From an uncultured Gammaproteobacteria bacterium (GTDB taxonomy: Bacteria; Pseudomonadota; Gammaproteobacteria; Arenicellales; JAANXG01), in NCBI GenBank assembly GCA_947259705.1, contig CAMYNL010000009.1, positions 2,197 through 66,196 on the forward strand: 64,000 bases of DNA, written 5' to 3'. Of the stretch, positions 22,983 to 33,630 are shown piece after piece (positions within the stretch are counted from its first letter, which is position 1; every line of letters begins with the position of its first letter). The notes beneath the pieces are model-generated. The model saw only the letters and a program-made list of their open reading frames with translations, made no database searches and was not told the DNA's origin. A program made the position numbers and the translations under genes.

Positions 22983-24497
22983 GTGTCGCTCGCCATCGTC
23001 CATAGCCGCGCCCAGCTGGGCATCACCGCTCCGCCGGTGGCGGTCGAAGTGCACCTGGGCAACGGCCTGCCCGGCCTTTCCATGGTCGGGCTTCCCGAGA
23101 CTGCGGTGAGAGAGAGCAAGGATCGTGTGCGCAGCGCCCTGCTGACGTCGCGGTTCGAATTCCCCTCGCGCCGGATCACCGTCAACCTGGCCCCCGCGGA
23201 CCTGCCCAAATATGGCGGACGCTTCGACCTGCCCATTGCGGTCGGCATACTCGCGGCCTCCGGTCAGCTCCCCGCCACCATGCTGGACCGATTCGAGTTC
23301 TACGGTGAGCTGGCCCTGAACGGGAGACTGCGCGGCGTCCGCGGCATCCTGCCCTCGGCTCAGGCCGCGATGCGTGACGGCCGTGCGGTTATCCTCGCGG
23401 CGGAAGACGCCGACGAGGCCGCGTTGCTGATCGACGCGGAGGTCTACGCCGCTGAGCGCCTGCTGGCGGTGACCGCGCATCTGAATGGGCAGCAGCGGCT
23501 GGCGCGGGCCGCGCGCACGTCACCGGACGCCACGCCCGCCGACCGGTTGGACCTCGCCGACGTGCGCGGACAGCAGACGGCCAAACGGGGGCTTGAAATC
23601 GCAGCCGCCGGCGGACACAGCGTGCTCCTGATCGGACCACCGGGTACCGGGAAGACCATGCTGGCATCGCGACTGGCCGGCATACTACCGCCGCTTACCG
23701 ATGAGGAGGCGCTGGAAACCGCTGCGGTGCATTCCGTCTATGATGGCTGGGCAGCGTCCCGTGGCTGGCGCGAACGGCCGTTTCGGGCCCCCCATCACGG
23801 TGCCTCCATGGCGGCGGTGGTGGGCGGCGGCAGCCACCCGCGGCCGGGGGAGATCTCACTGGCGCATCACGGCGTCCTGTTCCTGGACGAACTGCCTGAG
23901 TTCGACCGCCGAGTGCTGGAGTCGCTGCGAGAGCCCGTCGAATCGGGGCATATCCACATCTCGCGGGCGGCGCAGCGGATCAGCTTTCCGGCGCGCTTCC
24001 AGTTGGTCGCGGCAATGAACCCCTGTCCCTGCGGTTATCTCGGCGACCCTGCCGGACGCTGCCGCTGCAGTGGCGAGCAGGTACAGAGGTATCGAACGAG
24101 GGTCTCCGGGCCGTTGCTCGACCGAATCGACATGCATATTCAAGTACCGCCGGTGCCGCATCAGCTGCTGCGCGATACGGGCGGCGAAGAAGAGACCAGC
24201 GAGCAGGTTCAGGCGCGGGTGGCCGCGGCGCGCGGGCGCCAGTACCGCCGCCAGGGGGCGTTGAACCGGGAGCTGCGTGGGGGCTCACTGTCCGATGTCT
24301 GTGGGCTTGACGCAGACGGCCAGTCGCTGCTGGACCAGGCCATGGGCAGGCTGGGGCTTTCTGCGCGTTCCTATCACCGCATACTGCGCATCGCCAGGAC
24401 CATCGCCGATCTGGAAGCAAGACCGACCATCGCGTCGGGCCATATTGCCGAGGCGGTAGGCTTGCGCTGCCTGGACCGGAGGATGCCGAATTCCTGA
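22983..24497 (+). CDS. comM: YifB/ComM Mg-chelatase-like AAA+ protein
   Basis: 504 aa, GTG start; Lon-like N-domain, Walker A GPPGTGKTM, GVLFLDELPEF Walker B, C-terminal ...YHRILRIARTIADL. Confidence 0.92.
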   Translation: MSLAIVHSRAQLGITAPPVAVEVHLGNGLPGLSMVGLPETAVRESKDRVRSALLTSRFEFPSRRITVNLAPADLPKYGGRFDLPIAVGILAASGQLPATMLDRFEFYGELALNGRLRGVRGILPSAQAAMRDGRAVILAAEDADEAALLIDAEVYAAERLLAVTAHLNGQQRLARAARTSPDATPADRLDLADVRGQQTAKRGLEIAAAGGHSVLLIGPPGTGKTMLASRLAGILPPLTDEEALETAAVHSVYDGWAASRGWRERPFRAPHHGASMAAVVGGGSHPRPGEISLAHHGVLFLDELPEFDRRVLESLREPVESGHIHISRAAQRISFPARFQLVAAMNPCPCGYLGDPAGRCRCSGEQVQRYRTRVSGPLLDRIDMHIQVPPVPHQLLRDTGGEEETSEQVQARVAAARGRQYRRQGALNRELRGGSLSDVCGLDADGQSLLDQAMGRLGLSARSYHRILRIARTIADLEARPTIASGHIAEAVGLRCLDRRMPNS

Positions 24498-24744
24498 TGC
24501 CGAACGACTGAACGGGCAAGCGCCTGTGACGGCCGGTGGAATCGGGCCGAGGCCGCCGTCGGCACGCTGGTTGCGACCGACGTGGGCATCAATACGGCGT
24601 GGTTCGTTCGGCTCACGGTGGCGACTTGGCGGCGCGACGGCAAACAGCCCGACGCCGCGGAGAACTGACCTGCGGCAGCCGGCGCCCCAGGCCGCCGCAG
24701 CTATCCGCCGTGGCCACGGGCCCGATGCGGAGACCCGCCCCGCC

Positions 24745-25221
24745 TCACTGGGCCAGTGCGGTCAGGGAGCCGGACACCGTGACCGGCACATTCAGGTTCT
24801 GTCCTGTACAGTTACCGGAACCAGACAGGTTGGCGTTGACGACGCTGTCGGTCACGGTTCCGGTTACGGTCGCTACGCCGGCGCAGCTGATCCCGTCCTG
24901 GGATTCCGACACCGGTACGGGTACGCTGAAAGAGTCGCCGTTGATGGTGGCGCTTACGCTCTCGCCACCCACGATGACGGTCAGTGTGGGGCCCTGCCGT
25001 ATAAGGGTCACCGCTGCAGTTTCGCTGATGGGCAGAAGTCCCGGAGCCGTGAGTGTTATCGTGCCGGTACCGGTGTAAGTGACGCTGGGGGCCGGGGCGC
25101 TGGTCCCGCTGCTGCCTGGCGCCGTGCTTTCGGCGGCGGTACCGCCGCCGCCACTGGTGTCATTGCCACCGCCGCATGCGGCGAGAATCAAGACCAATGC
25201 CATGGCAAGAATCTGTTTCAA
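24745..25221 (-). CDS. Small hypothetical lipoprotein
   Basis: Lipobox LILAAC. With a TTG start it reads MKQILAMALVLILAACGGG. Gly/Ser/Thr-rich linker, then a beta-rich domain with two Cys. No family recognised. Confidence 0.55.
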   Translation of the reverse strand: MKQILAMALVLILAACGGGNDTSGGGGTAAESTAPGSSGTSAPAPSVTYTGTGTITLTAPGLLPISETAAVTLIRQGPTLTVIVGGESVSATINGDSFSVPVPVSESQDGISCAGVATVTGTVTDSVVNANLSGSGNCTGQNLNVPVTVSGSLTALAQ

Positions 25222-25407
25222 TGCCTCGTCTCCGTGTTCCGTTAAACCATGAGGTGAGTGTGTCGTTACGGCGACCAAGGATCAATGCCGCGCGCCGCGA
25301 CGGCATACGCACGTCGTTGTTTGCGCGACGAACTATACGGCCTCGGCCGGCAGGGTGAAACTCGTGTGTTTGCCGACGGCGATTACACCGTGGTAGGTTC
25401 TTCGCGT

Positions 25408-26493
25408 ATGCATGATTCGATCTCGCGACTGGCGGCGGGCCGTTTCATGGTTACCCGGACCGATCGTTTGGGTGACATGATCCTCACCGGTCCGCTGTTC
25501 GATGGCATCAAACAGTCGTTCCCGCGATCCCATTTGACGGTGCTGGCGTCGGCAGTGAATGCCGCTGTTGCGGGCATGCATCCCGCCGTCGATGAAGTGA
25601 TCGTGGACGGTGTCGAGGCCCGCGATTCGGGCTGGCGCGGCACCCTGGCGTTGGCCCGGGTCCTGCGCCGTCACCGGCCCGATGTCATCATGTTCGCCAA
25701 CGCCAAGCACCGTCTCGCCGTGGCCGCGTTGCTGGCCCGCATACCTATTCGTATCGGCAGTGCTCGCCGCCTCTACTCGATTCTGTACACGCAGCGGATG
25801 CCCGCTTCCGCTGAGCCGGATGTCGTGCACGAGACCGACTTGACACTGAGCATGCTGGGGGCGCTTGGCGTGGACTGTAAGCCTGGTGCCGCCGGTCGAT
25901 TACAGGTGCCCGAGGCGGATCGCGGGTTCGTGGACACCTTGCTTGCCGGGCTGGCGGCGCCAGGCAACAAGGGACTTGCGGTGGTACACCCCAGCAACAG
26001 TGGCAATGCGCTGAATGCCTCGACAAGCTGGTATGCGCGGCTGGTTGACGAACTCGCGGAGGCTGGCTACACGGTCGTGTTGACGGGAACGGAGGCCGAT
26101 CGCGAGCATGCCGCGGCGGTCGTCGAGTCTGCACACTATGTGCCGTTGGATCTGTCGGGACGGCTGTCGGTCGGCCAGTTGGCGGCACTGCACACGCGCA
26201 GTTCACTGTGCGTCGGAAGTTCTACCGGGCCCACTCATCTCGCGGCCGCGGTCGGCGCGCCCACCGTCGGCTTGTACGCCCCGTTGTCAAAGCAGCAAAA
26301 GTGGCTGCCCCGCGGTGCAGCCGTCGCTGTGCTGCAGCCAGAGGTGGGCATGACCTGTCCGTCATGCCTGGGACCCCGCTGCCGTCACTACAACTGCATG
26401 GAGCTGATCCCGACTCGGGACGTAGTGGCCGCAGGAACAGCCCTCACCGAAAAAATGGGGTCAGATCCCACTCAATCATGTCAAAAAGTGTGA
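25408..26493 (+). CDS. Glycosyltransferase family 9 (LPS heptosyltransferase-like)
   Basis: The 25258..26493 ORF; likely start MHDSIS...FMVTRTDRLGDMILTGPLF. GT9 pattern (RLGD..., VVHPSNSGNA..., GSSTGPTHLAAAVGAPTVGLY). Confidence 0.8.
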   Translation: MHDSISRLAAGRFMVTRTDRLGDMILTGPLFDGIKQSFPRSHLTVLASAVNAAVAGMHPAVDEVIVDGVEARDSGWRGTLALARVLRRHRPDVIMFANAKHRLAVAALLARIPIRIGSARRLYSILYTQRMPASAEPDVVHETDLTLSMLGALGVDCKPGAAGRLQVPEADRGFVDTLLAGLAAPGNKGLAVVHPSNSGNALNASTSWYARLVDELAEAGYTVVLTGTEADREHAAAVVESAHYVPLDLSGRLSVGQLAALHTRSSLCVGSSTGPTHLAAAVGAPTVGLYAPLSKQQKWLPRGAAVAVLQPEVGMTCPSCLGPRCRHYNCMELIPTRDVVAAGTALTEKMGSDPTQSCQKV

Positions 26494-26525
26494 TCTGACC
26501 CCATTTTTCGGTAGACCCCATTTTT
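26451..26525. repeat. REP-like palindromic element
   Basis: Perfect 17-bp inverted repeat AAAAATGGGGTCAGATC (26451-26467) / GATCTGACCCCATTTTT (26492-26508). A third direct copy of GACCCCATTTTT lies at 26514-26525. Confidence 0.7.
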
Positions 26526-26941
26526 CAGGTAGCCAGTTCGATGAAGTCTGTTTCGGTGACAATCCCCACCAGCTTACCGTTGTCCGTCACCGGCAGGCAG
26601 CCGATCTTGTGTTCCAGCAACAGGCGCGCGGCGTCGCTGACCGGCGTCTCGGGCGAGGTGCTGATGACCTCGTCGGTCATCGCCTCCTTGACAGGCAGTG
26701 ATTCGAATAACTTGTCCGCAAGTCTGGAACCGTAGCCGAGCGCCCGCAACAGGGCACCGCGAAACAGGTCGCGTTGGGTGACGATGCCGCAGAGCTTACC
26801 GTCTTCGTCGAGCACCGGGATGTGGCGAATGCGCTCCTGCTGCAGCAGGTCTTCCGCCATCGACAACCGATCGTTGCGGCCGAGGGCGAGTACCGGCTGT
26901 TTCATAATGTCTCTGACCATTCTTGTCGCTGGTTCTATCAT
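26525..26941 (-). CDS. CBS-domain pair protein
   Basis: 138 aa; two CBS repeats (...HIPVLDEDGKLCGIVTQRDL... and ...GCLPVTDNGKLVGIVTETDF...). Confidence 0.85.
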   Translation of the reverse strand: MIEPATRMVRDIMKQPVLALGRNDRLSMAEDLLQQERIRHIPVLDEDGKLCGIVTQRDLFRGALLRALGYGSRLADKLFESLPVKEAMTDEVISTSPETPVSDAARLLLEHKIGCLPVTDNGKLVGIVTETDFIELAT

Positions 26942-27334
26942 GTCGCAGTCTCGATCGACGATATGTTGGCGCTCCGTGAACCGAGCGTCTATATGCCCCG
27001 CTCCTGGCCACGATGATCAGCGTCCTTTTAACATATTCTGGTCTCGCGTAGTTTCCGAATGTCAAATATCGGCTGCCGAGATGTTGTCACCGCCGGCCCT
27101 TGGCTGGACGACGACAGTATACCCGTTGCATTGTTGAGGCGGGCTGTTCCGTCTTTACCCGTGATGAGATGATGTTGTTGGCGTGTTACCCGGTCCGTTG
27201 ATCCCGGGGCCGGGCCAAGCCGGGGGCAGGGCGTGGATCCGGGTCGGGGCACCCAGCGCCGGAAACGCGAGGGGTCCGTGAGGCATGCGATCTCTGTTAA
27301 GCTTGTGATAGACGTGATTTAAGCAAACGAGGGA

Positions 27335-28246
27335 ATGAGAACGCTAAAAACGATCCTCGTCGGCTCCGTGCTCATACTGGTGTCGGCCTGCTCGGTGAAA
27401 AGGTACGCAGTGGATACCATCGGTGACCTGTTGGCATCGGGTGATTCGGTATACGAGAGCGATGATGACATCGTATTAATCGGTGAAGCACTGCCGTTCA
27501 GTCTCAAGCTCGTGGAGAGCCTGCTGAACGAGTCTCCCCACCATGTCGGCCTGCTGCTTTCCGCAGCGCGTGGCTACGTCCTGTATGCTTATGCCTATGT
27601 TCATCACGAGGCCGATGTCGTCGCCCTGGACGATATCGATCGGGCACGGGAGTTGCGGGCGCGGGCGGGCAAGCTCTATTTGCGGGCGCATGGATATGCC
27701 GTGAGGGCCATGGAGGAGGCATATCCCGGGCTGGCCCCGGCCATCGAGGAACAACCTCAGCGTGCGGTGGCCATGGTTGCCGGTAACAACGCGCGAAATC
27801 ACGTGCCACTGCTTTACTGGACAGCCGCCAGCCTGGGGCTGGCCATCGCGGTTTCCAAGCAGGATGCGTCAATGCTGGCGCGCCTGCCTGAAGTGGAGGC
27901 GTTGCTGGAGCGTGCCCTGGTGCTCGACGAGTCCTGGGATGAGGGGGCGTTGCACGAGTTCATGGTGACATGGTCGGCGGCGCAGTTACGCCGAAGTAAC
28001 GTGGAACGGATCCGGCACCACTACGAGCGGGCGCTCGCGCTGTCGTCGGGGCGCCGGGCCAGCCTGTTCGTGGGTTACGCCGAGGCCGTGCCCTTGCCCG
28101 GCCAGGACCGGGCTGGCTTCCGCGAACTGCTGGAAAAGGCACTGGCAGTCGATCTGGACGCAGACCCGGGGCATCGATTGATGAACGTCATTGCACAGCG
28201 ACGTGCAAGCTGGTTACTTGGCCGCATCGACGAGCTGTTTCTGTAG
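27335..28246 (+). CDS. TRAP-transporter TatT-component family lipoprotein (TPR-like)
   Basis: 303 aa; lipobox LVSAC; SVYESDDDIVLIGEALPFSLKLVESLL, LLYWTAASLG, LDESWDEGALHEF, ALALSSGRRAS, RRASWLLGRIDELF. Directly upstream of the TRAP SBP and permease. Confidence 0.75.
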   Translation: MRTLKTILVGSVLILVSACSVKRYAVDTIGDLLASGDSVYESDDDIVLIGEALPFSLKLVESLLNESPHHVGLLLSAARGYVLYAYAYVHHEADVVALDDIDRARELRARAGKLYLRAHGYAVRAMEEAYPGLAPAIEEQPQRAVAMVAGNNARNHVPLLYWTAASLGLAIAVSKQDASMLARLPEVEALLERALVLDESWDEGALHEFMVTWSAAQLRRSNVERIRHHYERALALSSGRRASLFVGYAEAVPLPGQDRAGFRELLEKALAVDLDADPGHRLMNVIAQRRASWLLGRIDELFL

Positions 28247-28251
28247 CACAC

Positions 28252-29307
28252 TTGATCATGGGGACTACAATGCACGGTTTCGTTAGTTTTCCATTACTGC
28301 TGCGACTGCTCGTGGCATTGTTGCTGACTGCTTCGGTCGGCACCGCCGAGACCCGGGAGAGCATCGTGATCAAGACAGGGACCATCGCGCCCGAGGGCTC
28401 GGTCTGGCACGACGCGCTGCTGGAGATCCGCCAGCGGTGGGCGCAGATTTCTCAAGGCCGGGTTGAGTTGAGGATCTATGCCGGCGGCGTGCTCGGCGAT
28501 GAAACCGAGATGATTCGCAAGGTACAGCGCCAGGGCCTGGACGCCATTGCCATCTCGGGATCAGGCCTGCCGCGGGTCGATGAGAGCGTAAGCTGCCTCA
28601 ACATACCCATGCTGTTCGAGACCTATGACGAACTCGATTACGTCCGTGACCGGATAGCGTCGAGGCTGGAGCGGCGCATCGAGCAGCGCGGCTTCAGGGT
28701 GTTGACCTGGGGAGAGGCGGGATGGCTCTACTTCTTTACCAAGCGCCCGGTGCGGACGCCCGCTGATCTGCGGCAGCTCAGGTTATGGATCAGTCCCGGT
28801 TTTCCCGAGCACGAAAGGATCTTCAAGGGTTTCGGATTCCAGGTGGTGCCGCTGCCTGCCACCGACATGCTGACTTCGCTGCAGACCGGACTGATCGAGG
28901 CGGTCGATGTCCCACCCCTGTTTGCCCTCATCGATAGGTCGTACCAGATCGCCAATCATATGACCGACTTGCGATGGGCGCCGCTCAACGCCGCCATGGT
29001 GATCAGCAACCGGAGCTGGGAGCGCATCCCGGAGCAGATTCGGGACCCGTTGCTGGCCGTAGTCAGAGAGATCGGCGGGAAGCTGCGGCAGACCATACGC
29101 AGCGCCGAGTCGGACGCCATCAGGGAAATGATTTCCCGCGGCCTCAACGTGGTGCAACTGGACGGCGCGGACCTCAATGCATGGCGTAGCGAGGTCAACG
29201 CCGCATATGACCGCTTGCCGTGCCGGCAATCCCAGCCTGAACTCCTGCAGGAGGTACTGCGGCTTCACGAGGAGTATTCCCGAGGTCCCGGTGCCTCTAT
29301 TCGTTGA
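28252..29307 (+). CDS. TRAP transporter solute-binding protein (DctP family)
   Basis: 351 aa; signal peptide; lies between the TatT-like and fused DctQM genes. Confidence 0.8.
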   Translation: MIMGTTMHGFVSFPLLLRLLVALLLTASVGTAETRESIVIKTGTIAPEGSVWHDALLEIRQRWAQISQGRVELRIYAGGVLGDETEMIRKVQRQGLDAIAISGSGLPRVDESVSCLNIPMLFETYDELDYVRDRIASRLERRIEQRGFRVLTWGEAGWLYFFTKRPVRTPADLRQLRLWISPGFPEHERIFKGFGFQVVPLPATDMLTSLQTGLIEAVDVPPLFALIDRSYQIANHMTDLRWAPLNAAMVISNRSWERIPEQIRDPLLAVVREIGGKLRQTIRSAESDAIREMISRGLNVVQLDGADLNAWRSEVNAAYDRLPCRQSQPELLQEVLRLHEEYSRGPGASIR

Positions 29308-29358
29308 TGTGGGGCCCGCCGCCCGCTCAGCGGTCCGATCAGTACCCGTCCCGACGGC

Positions 29359-31167
29359 ATGACCACCGCCGGCAATAGCCCCTGGCATCGTGCGGAGGAC
29401 TGGCTCGCCGTCGCCTTGCTGGCGGTCATGTCGGTGACTCCGCTGCTGGAGGTATTTGGTCGTGAGCTGATTGGGCGCAGCATAGCCGGCTCCATTCCGG
29501 TGGTACAGCATCTCACGCTGACCATCACCTTCGTCGGCGCAGTGCTGGCGGCGCGGACCGAGCGTAATCTCGCGCTGTCTACGGCCAGTTTCCTCAAACA
29601 GCCGTGGCGCCAGGGGGTACGGATCAGCACCGCTTACCTGGCGGTAGCGGTCATCGCTTGTCTGTTCATGGCCAGTGTGCAGTTGGTGCAGGTGGACTAT
29701 CAGTGGAGTGAAGTGGTCGCCTGGGGCATCCCGGTTTGGGTTTTCAGCAGCGTCATGCCTGTCGCCTTCGCCATCATCACCGCGCGGCTCATCTATCACG
29801 CGTCTCCCGCCTGGAGCGGGCGCATGATCGCCGCTTGCGGCATCGCGGTGCCGGTGCTGCTGGGACTGGTACCTGATCTGCAGCACAGCGGCCTGCTGCT
29901 GCCGTTGGGGATACTGGTTCTGATCGGTACCGCGTTGGGCATGCCCATTTTCGCCGGCATCGCCGGCGCCGCGCTGCTGCTATTCGTTTACGAAGGCACA
30001 CCGATCTCGGCGGTTCCGGGTGAGGCGTACCGCATGAGTACCTCGCCCATGCTGCCTGCGATACCGCTGTTTACCCTGGCTGGATATATACTGGCGGAAG
30101 GCGGTTCCAGCAAACGCCTGCTGGGATTTTTCAGCGCGTTGGTGGGGTGGATGCCGGGCGGGGTCGCCGTGGTGACCACGCTCATCCTGGCGTTTTTCAC
30201 CCCGCTAACCGGCGCCTCCGGCATTACCATCCTCGCCATGGGCGGCCTGCTGCTGCCGATGCTGCTGAAGGCCAACTACCGAGAAGGCAACGCGGTGGGA
30301 CTGGTGACCGTCTCCGGATCCATCGGCGTGCTGTTCCCCCCCAGTCTGCCGGTCATCCTCTACGCCTATTATGCCGAGCTGACTCTGGACCGGCTGTTCG
30401 TGGCCGGCCTCCTGCCCGGCATTCTGCTGGTGACCGTGGTGGCCGCGTGGGGCGCCTGGCGGGGCTGGTTCGAGGGGGCAACGCGCACGCCTTTCCAGGC
30501 CCGCGAGCTGCTGCTGAAGATCCGTGAAGCAAAGTGGGAACTGGCGCTGCCGGTGGTCATCCTGCTTGGTATCTTCGGCGGTTTCGCCACTCTCGTGGAG
30601 GCGGCGGCGCTGACGGTGATGTACGCCATGGTAGTGGAATGCCTGGTGCACCGCGAACTCAGCATAGTGCGCGATATGCCGCGCATTGCCGCGGAAAGCG
30701 TCACCATGGTCGGTGGCTTCATGATCATACTGGGCGTGGCGCTCGGTTTTACCAACTACCTGATCATCGCCGAAATACCCATGCAGGCGCTTGACTGGGT
30801 CCGCTCAATGATCGATTCGCCCCTCTGGTTCCTGCTGGCGTTGAATGTATTTCTCATCGTCGTGGGCGCGCTGATGGATATCTATTCGGCAATCATCGTC
30901 ATCGTCCCGCTGATTGTCCCCATGGCCGCCGCCTATGACATCGATCCGGTGCATCTGGGGATCATATTTCTCGCCAACATGCAGTTGGGCTACCTGATGC
31001 CCCCAATGGGAGAGAACCTGTTCCTGTCCGCATATCGCTTCGAGCAGCCGCTGACCCGAATTTACCGCTACACGTTACCTTACATCGTCATCCTGCTGAT
31101 CACGGTGCTCGTGATCACCTACTGGCCGCCTTTGACATTGGCGCTCCCGAACTGGCTCGCTCTGTAG
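29359..31167 (+). CDS. TRAP transporter fused small/large permease (DctQ-DctM)
   Basis: 602 aa, highly hydrophobic; a DctQ-like first ~150 aa followed by a DctM-like 12-TM body. Confidence 0.85.
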   Translation: MTTAGNSPWHRAEDWLAVALLAVMSVTPLLEVFGRELIGRSIAGSIPVVQHLTLTITFVGAVLAARTERNLALSTASFLKQPWRQGVRISTAYLAVAVIACLFMASVQLVQVDYQWSEVVAWGIPVWVFSSVMPVAFAIITARLIYHASPAWSGRMIAACGIAVPVLLGLVPDLQHSGLLLPLGILVLIGTALGMPIFAGIAGAALLLFVYEGTPISAVPGEAYRMSTSPMLPAIPLFTLAGYILAEGGSSKRLLGFFSALVGWMPGGVAVVTTLILAFFTPLTGASGITILAMGGLLLPMLLKANYREGNAVGLVTVSGSIGVLFPPSLPVILYAYYAELTLDRLFVAGLLPGILLVTVVAAWGAWRGWFEGATRTPFQARELLLKIREAKWELALPVVILLGIFGGFATLVEAAALTVMYAMVVECLVHRELSIVRDMPRIAAESVTMVGGFMIILGVALGFTNYLIIAEIPMQALDWVRSMIDSPLWFLLALNVFLIVVGALMDIYSAIIVIVPLIVPMAAAYDIDPVHLGIIFLANMQLGYLMPPMGENLFLSAYRFEQPLTRIYRYTLPYIVILLITVLVITYWPPLTLALPNWLAL

Positions 31168-31465
31168 AGCCGCCGCGCGGCGCGAATAAGCACCCCGCGG
31201 GCTCCTGAGGACGGGCGCGCAGGGGGCCGCTCGACGGTGCACCGCCGCGGCCCCGGCCCCGGTGATCCAGGTCACTCAATGACTTGGGCCATGAGCGTGA
31301 GAAATACTCGTCTTTTTCGAAAAATTGTCTAGATTTAACCAATGGAAGGTAATTCGTCGGAATGACCCGGTCGCCGCGGATACACTTGTTAACGATCCCG
31401 TCACATCAACGCAGAGTCATCGCGCGCCTCGGGGTGTGGCGGAGCGAGCAGGTGACTGATACAGC

Positions 31466-33487
31466 ATGTTCAAGCTGACACGCTATTTTTCCATTGCCAG
31501 CCTGATTGGCATGACCATAGTGGTCGCGTCCCTGTCCTGGTTTTATCACCACCTGTCCTATCGCACCATCGTCAAACACGGTGCCGGTGAGAACCAGGTG
31601 TTGACCACCATTTTCGCCAATTCGGTATGGGACACCGTCCATCCGTATCTGCAGAAGGCATCCAGCATGACGCGCGATGAGCTGCTCAGCCTCGCGCAGA
31701 CCGAGGCGCTTCTCGAACAGCTGACGCAGAAGATTCGGGGCACGCCGGTGGTGAAGGTGAAGATCTACAACAGGGACGGGGTGACGGTGTTCTCCACTGA
31801 CCCTGCCCAGATCGGTGAAGATGACTCCGACAATCCGGGCGTGAAGGGTGCACTGGCCGGCCAGATCATCGACGAGATCGCCTATCGCAACGAAATCGAT
31901 TCCTTTCACGGAACGTTGTCGCACCGAAACCTGATCTCCTCCTATACGCCAATCCGCTCCGCCTCAACCGGGGAGGTCGAGGCGGTGTTCGAGATATACT
32001 CCGACATCACCGAGTTGTTGACCGACTTGCGACTGTCCACCTGGCAGATCCTCGCCGCGGCGATGGCAAGCCTGACGGTTTTGTACATATTGCTCTACCT
32101 GATCGTACGCCGCGCTGACCGCATCATCAGGCATCACGATAGTGAGCGGGAGGCCAGCGAGGCCAGGATGCGGTACCAGGCCTATCACGATCCGCTCACC
32201 GACCTGCCCAACAGGACCAGCTTCACTGAACGCCTGGCAGAAATTGTCAAGGCGACCGACCGGGGAGGACGGCTCTTCGCCGTCATGTTCATTGACCTGG
32301 ACCGGTTCAAGCTGATCAATGACGGCCTCGGCCACGATGCCGGTGATCACCTGTTGCGCGTGGTGGCACAACGCATCAGCAGCTGTGTACGAGAGGCTGA
32401 CCAGGTGTTCCGCATGGGCGGCGATGAGTTTACCGTGGTGCTGAACACGCTTGAGCGCCCGGAAAGCGCGGCCTTCGTCGCCCGCAGGATCATAGAAGCC
32501 TTGTCCGAGCCGATCAGGGTGTATGACCACGAGTTGATCGTGGGCGCCAGTATCGGGATTACCATATCGCCGACCGACAGCAACGTGCCCGAACGGTTGG
32601 TGAAGAATGCGGATACTGCCATGTACACCGCAAAGGAAAACGGCGGTCGGCGCTATGAATTCTTTACCAAGAAAATGAACATCATCGCCAACGAGCGGCT
32701 GGAGATGGAAAGTGCGCTGCAAAAGGCGGTGCGGGAAGGCGAGTTCGAGCTTTTTTACCAGCCCCGCATCGATACTGCCACGGGCACCACCGTCGCCATG
32801 GAGGCATTGCTTCGCTGGCACCATCCCCGCGATGGTCTGGTGGAGCCGGCCAGGTTTATCTCGCTGTTGGAGGAAACCGGTTTGATCATACCGGTCGGCG
32901 AATGGGTATTACGGGAGGCCTGCCGACAGTTGAAGGTGTGGCACGGTGACGGAATGAACCGTCTTCGCATATCCGTCAATATTTCATCGCGCCAGTTCAG
33001 CGCCGGAACACTGGTAGACGACGTTGCCGCCGTGCTGGCCGATACCGGTTTGCCGCCGCAGTCACTGGAACTGGAGGTCACCGAGACGCTGCTGGTGGAC
33101 AATGCGGAAGTCGCGCTGGAAACGCTTACCCGGTTGAAGGAGATTGGCGTCTGTCTTTCCATCGACGACTTTGGTTCGGGTTACTCATCGCTCAACTACC
33201 TGAAGCAGTTTCCAGTGGACTACCTGAAGATAGACCGTCACTTCGTCGTTGACTCGGAGTATGACGAGAAAGGGGCGGCCATCGCCACAGCCATCACCAT
33301 GCTTGCCGAAAGCCTACGTATCAAGGTGGTCGCGGAGGGGGTGGAGAACCAGCGCCAGTTCGACTTCATGACCGCCCACTACTGCGACGAAATGCAGGGG
33401 TTTCTATTCTCGAGACCGCGACCCGCCAGGGAAATCAAGGCTTGGCTGACTTCCCAGGCGTCCGCCAAGGTTCTGGTGTTGAAGTGA
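31466..33487 (+). CDS. Membrane sensor diguanylate cyclase/phosphodiesterase (GGDEF-EAL)
   Basis: 673 aa; two TM helices flanking a periplasmic domain; RMGGDEFTVV; EALLRW, DDFGSGYSSL, EGVE motifs. Confidence 0.92.
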   Translation: MFKLTRYFSIASLIGMTIVVASLSWFYHHLSYRTIVKHGAGENQVLTTIFANSVWDTVHPYLQKASSMTRDELLSLAQTEALLEQLTQKIRGTPVVKVKIYNRDGVTVFSTDPAQIGEDDSDNPGVKGALAGQIIDEIAYRNEIDSFHGTLSHRNLISSYTPIRSASTGEVEAVFEIYSDITELLTDLRLSTWQILAAAMASLTVLYILLYLIVRRADRIIRHHDSEREASEARMRYQAYHDPLTDLPNRTSFTERLAEIVKATDRGGRLFAVMFIDLDRFKLINDGLGHDAGDHLLRVVAQRISSCVREADQVFRMGGDEFTVVLNTLERPESAAFVARRIIEALSEPIRVYDHELIVGASIGITISPTDSNVPERLVKNADTAMYTAKENGGRRYEFFTKKMNIIANERLEMESALQKAVREGEFELFYQPRIDTATGTTVAMEALLRWHHPRDGLVEPARFISLLEETGLIIPVGEWVLREACRQLKVWHGDGMNRLRISVNISSRQFSAGTLVDDVAAVLADTGLPPQSLELEVTETLLVDNAEVALETLTRLKEIGVCLSIDDFGSGYSSLNYLKQFPVDYLKIDRHFVVDSEYDEKGAAIATAITMLAESLRIKVVAEGVENQRQFDFMTAHYCDEMQGFLFSRPRPAREIKAWLTSQASAKVLVLK

Positions 33488-33563
33488 CCGCCGGCTAGCG
33501 CGAGGTTGTCGTCACTGCCGCTCCAACGCGGTCTTCCCGACTACGTTTGCCACAAACTGAAAT

Positions 33564-33579
33564 TCACCCAAGTGGGTGA
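33564..33579. repeat. 16-bp palindrome TCACCCAAGTGGGTGA
   Basis: Perfect 7-bp arms with a 2-bp centre, in the 650-bp gap upstream of the oxidoreductase operon. Confidence 0.5.
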
Positions 33580-33630
33580 TGTATCCGCCTTGCTGTTTCT
33601 CTACACTTCACATTGTCACGGACGACCCTC

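Noticed and set aside
26451-26525. The three copies of GACCCCATTTTT could have been a tiny CRISPR-like array.
   Set aside because: There are only three short copies, two of them as arms of one palindrome. There are no regular spacers and no cas genes.
31313-31324. Perfect 12-bp palindrome TTTTTCGAAAAA about 140 bp upstream of the GGDEF-EAL gene.
   Set aside because: It is a short AT palindrome in a promoter-like AT-rich patch. It may be an operator, but nothing in the sequence distinguishes it from chance.
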